64,000 bases of DNA from an uncultured Gammaproteobacteria bacterium (lineage in GTDB: Bacteria > Pseudomonadota > Gammaproteobacteria > JASBUN01). The position numbers and the translations under genes were made by a program. The stretch's first letter is position 1, and each line of letters starts with the position of its first letter. Where the stretch lies: NCBI GenBank assembly GCA_963762165.1, contig CAVXJN010000003.1, positions 1,601,066-1,665,065 on the forward strand, written 5' to 3'. Positions 61,453 through 64,000 of the stretch are shown here, one piece after another. The notes under the pieces were generated by a model. It worked only from the letters and a program-made list of their open reading frames with translations, searched no databases and was not told where the DNA came from.

Positions 61453-62441
61453 ACAGTACGCTTTCGCGTGTGCTCGGATACGGCGCCTTGTTGATCCTGG
61501 GTGTGGTGGCGCCCTATCTGTTGCCGGATTTTCGTACGCAGCTTTCTTTCCTGTGGGTGATGATCATTTTCGCCTTGACCTGGGACATCCTGGGCGGGCA
61601 GATGGGTTACAACTCCTTCGGCAACATCTTGTTCTTCGGTGTTGGCATGTATACCTGTGCCGTGGTTCAGCAACATTCCGGGCTCAGTTATTTTCCCGCC
61701 CTGTTCGTCGGCATGGCGGCGGGCGCGGCGTTGGCGGTGATCGTGGCGGCGGCACTGGGGTGGGGGATACTCGGGCTGCGCGGCCATTACTTTGCAATCG
61801 GAACCCTGGGCCTGGGGATCGCCGCAGCCGAATTCGCCAGCGGCTGGGATTACATCGGTGCTGGTTCGGGGATGGTGACACCATTGTATCCGGGCGAGGT
61901 GGGCGGCCGGGAGACGTTCTTTTATTTTCTTTCTTTCGCCATCGCAATTGTGACCTTCGCTACCTTGCGTCGGTTGTATGCCGGTCGCTTCCGTCTGGCC
62001 ATCAACGCCATACGCGACGATGAAGACAAGGCGGAGGCGATGGGTCAGCACACGACCTTGTACAAGACCCTTGCCTGGTGTGTGGCCGCATTCTTTCTCG
62101 GATTGATCGGGCCCGTAGCCGGCAACATGATCGGCTTCATCGATCCGCGGGATGTGGCTTTTGCCAGTTCATCATTCGGCGTCTGGATGTTGCTGATGGC
62201 GATTCTGGGCGGCAAAGGAACCTTGTGGGGACCCGTGATCGGCGCAGTCGTATTCCATACCCTGCAGGAAACGTTCTGGACTTATTTCCTGGGCTGGCAA
62301 CGGGTCGCGCTGGGGCTGTTGATCGTCATCATCGTCATCTTTTTTCCGCGCGGCATCATGGGTTGGGTGCGGGAACGCTGGCCGGAACGGTTCGGGCAGC
62401 GTGTCGATGAGCCGCAGGCAAGCGGCCGGGGCGCAGACTGA
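61449..62441 (+). CDS. livM: Branched-chain amino acid ABC transporter permease
   Basis: TWDILGGQMGYNSFGNILFFGVGMY, RLAINAIRDDEDKAEAMG. The TTG start, with GGAGG 9 nt upstream, overlaps the livH stop. The upstream part of the listed ORF is the alternative frame of livH. Confidence 0.85.
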   Translation: MNSTLSRVLGYGALLILGVVAPYLLPDFRTQLSFLWVMIIFALTWDILGGQMGYNSFGNILFFGVGMYTCAVVQQHSGLSYFPALFVGMAAGAALAVIVAAALGWGILGLRGHYFAIGTLGLGIAAAEFASGWDYIGAGSGMVTPLYPGEVGGRETFFYFLSFAIAIVTFATLRRLYAGRFRLAINAIRDDEDKAEAMGQHTTLYKTLAWCVAAFFLGLIGPVAGNMIGFIDPRDVAFASSSFGVWMLLMAILGGKGTLWGPVIGAVVFHTLQETFWTYFLGWQRVALGLLIVIIVIFFPRGIMGWVRERWPERFGQRVDEPQASGRGAD

Positions 62442-63181
62442 TGGCGCTGCTGGAAGTGCGAAACGTACAGAAGTCCTTTGGTGGCGTAGTCGCCAATCGC
62501 GACGTCAGCCTGCGCGTCGATAGCGGCAGCATTGTCGGCCTGATCGGCCCCAACGGTTCCGGCAAGACTACGTTGTTCAATTCCATTGTCGGCTCCCATC
62601 CTGTGGATGGCGGCACGATCTGGTTTTCCAGTCGTGAGATTTCCCGGATGCGGGTACCGCAGATTGCACGTCTGGGCATGTTGCGCACGTTCCAGCAGAC
62701 TCGGATCTACGCGGGGATGACCTGTGTCGAGAATATGGAAATCAGTACCCGCCAGACTGGCGCGAGTTGGCGTGAGTTGTTGAGCCGGGTGCCGGCGAGC
62801 GTCACCCGGAAGGCCGATGAACTGCTGGAGTTTGTCGGTTTATATGCCAAGCGTCACTTGTTGGCGGGCGATTTGTCATTCGGCCAGCAAAAGCTTCTTG
62901 AGTTTGCGATGGCGTTGATGAGTGAGCCGAAGCTGCTGTTGCTCGACGAGCCGACCGCGGGCATCAATCCGACTCTGATCAATGGCCTCGTCGATCGCTT
63001 GCGGCGCGTCAATGCGGAGATGGGAATTTCCCTGTTGGTCATCGAACACAACATGAACGTGATAATGAACCTGGCCCAACACCTGTACTGCCTCGCCCAC
63101 GGCGAAATGCTTGCTGAAGGGACGCCGGAGGAGGTTCGCAACAACCAAAGCGTGATCGACGCGTATCTGGGGGGGCACTGA
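62441..63181 (+). CDS. livG: Branched-chain amino acid ABC transporter ATP-binding protein
   Basis: Walker A GPNGSGKTT, signature LSFGQQKLLEF, and Walker B LLLLDEPTAG. Confidence 0.92.
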   Translation: MALLEVRNVQKSFGGVVANRDVSLRVDSGSIVGLIGPNGSGKTTLFNSIVGSHPVDGGTIWFSSREISRMRVPQIARLGMLRTFQQTRIYAGMTCVENMEISTRQTGASWRELLSRVPASVTRKADELLEFVGLYAKRHLLAGDLSFGQQKLLEFAMALMSEPKLLLLDEPTAGINPTLINGLVDRLRRVNAEMGISLLVIEHNMNVIMNLAQHLYCLAHGEMLAEGTPEEVRNNQSVIDAYLGGH

Positions 63182-63184
63182 CCG

Positions 63185-64000
63185 TTGGACAGCGACAGCG
63201 ACAACATTCTTTCCGTCGATGACGTGGCGCGCCAAGCTTCGCGCTTGGCGCAGCAAGGAGTGTCTCGGGAAGTCCTGGCGGCCCTATGCCAAGGCGAGCC
63301 GTTGGTGCGAATTGAAGACTTGCGCGCCGGTTACGGCAAGATGGAGATTCTGCACGACGTGGATCTGCAGATCGGAAGCGGACAATCGCTGTGTTTGATT
63401 GGCCCCAACGGCGCCGGCAAGTCGACTGTGCTGCATTCCATCTACGGGTTCACGCGCATATTCGCCGGCCACATTCACGTAGACGGTCGGGACATCACCG
63501 CATTGTCATCCAACGCGAAACTCCGGGATGCGGGTGTCGCCTATATTCTGCAGGACAATTCGGTTTTCCCTGATATGACAGTAGAGGAAAATTTGTGGAT
63601 GGGTGGCTATCTCGCCGCACCGGCCGCCGCGAAGGAAGCCGCCGAACGGGTATTCGGCAAATATCCCCGGCTGGCGCAACGGCGCAATAAGCCGGCCCGA
63701 GTGTTGTCGGGGGGCGAACGGCGACTGCTGGAGATTTCCCGGGCCCTGGTCATGAACCCGAAAGTGCTGCTGGTGGACGAACCGTCCATCGGCTTGGAAC
63801 CGCGTTTTATCGATATGGTGTTCGAGATTCTGAGTGACCTCCAGCGCAGCGAAGGCAAGACCATCATCATGGTCGAGCAGAATGCCAAAAAGGGTCTCGA
63901 ATTCGCAGACGTCGGCTACGTACTGGTATCCGGTCAAGTGGCGATGGCGGGAACGGGTGCAGAACTGCTCGAACATCCCGACGTCGGACGGCTGTTCCTG
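63185..64000 (+). CDS. livF: Branched-chain amino acid ABC transporter ATP-binding protein (3' end outside window)
   Basis: Not in the ORF track because it runs off the window. Manual translation gives LVRIEDLRAGYGKMEILHDV...GPNGAGKST...LSGGERRLLEISRAL...LLVDEPSIGL. Start is uncertain (TTG 63185 to GTG 63305). Confidence 0.85.
   Translation, partial: MDSDSDNILSVDDVARQASRLAQQGVSREVLAALCQGEPLVRIEDLRAGYGKMEILHDVDLQIGSGQSLCLIGPNGAGKSTVLHSIYGFTRIFAGHIHVDGRDITALSSNAKLRDAGVAYILQDNSVFPDMTVEENLWMGGYLAAPAAAKEAAERVFGKYPRLAQRRNKPARVLSGGERRLLEISRALVMNPKVLLVDEPSIGLEPRFIDMVFEILSDLQRSEGKTIIMVEQNAKKGLEFADVGYVLVSGQVAMAGTGAELLEHPDVGRLFL

Overview
Visibly GC-rich proteobacterial chromosomal segment that is almost entirely coding. 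I recognised no rRNA, tRNA or CRISPR array. It reads as six blocks.

1. 0-8.6 kb, metal/NO-stress block: two tandem NnrS genes, a 5-formyl-THF cyclo-ligase, and a four-gene bufferin-type RiPP operon (DUF2282 precursor, MNIO/DUF692, DUF2063, DoxX). A convergent ECF sigma factor, a COG0523 GTPase and a secreted EF-hand protein follow.

2. 9.3-33.8 kb, exopolysaccharide locus of about 24 kb, all but one gene on the + strand. It holds the initiating transferase, Wza-like exporter, Wzz/EpsF, an EpsG-like P-loop protein, gmd-fcl-manC, a flippase, a Wzy-like polymerase and six glycosyltransferases. Decoration genes are a pyruvyl transferase, an acetyltransferase fusion, an APH-like kinase and a sulfotransferase-like protein. 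A secreted beta-helix protein and a convergent beta-barrel OMP complete it.

3. 34-35.3 kb, junction: a decayed family-4 UDG pseudogene and an orphan endolysin-like muramidase.

4. 35.4-50.8 kb, copper-resistance island: CopL-like gene, copA, copB, a cytochrome c, and a MerR-led string (porin, two cytochromes c, YVTN beta-propeller, Trx-like protein, His-rich CPH-type P1B ATPase). It continues with a frameshifted Met-rich repeat protein, SHOCT/NfeD paralogue pairs, an MBL hydrolase and an LLM oxidoreductase.

5. 50.8-55 kb: an AT-richer scar with an IS30 transposase remnant and two convergent secreted proteins of unknown function.

6. 55.6-64 kb: DUF2189, a RES-Xre toxin-antitoxin pair, an Fpg/Nei glycosylase and a Liv-type ABC transporter that runs off the window.

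Best candidates for new biology are the uncharacterised bufferin operon and the MerR-porin-cytochrome-propeller-ATPase module in the cop island. Next come the multi-decorated (possibly sulfated) fucose EPS locus with its three-domain fusion enzyme, and two sequence-level anomalies: a compensated double frameshift in the propeller gene, and a frame switch at a 15-bp repeat array in a Met-rich gene. All family assignments come from motif recognition by eye; no searches were run.
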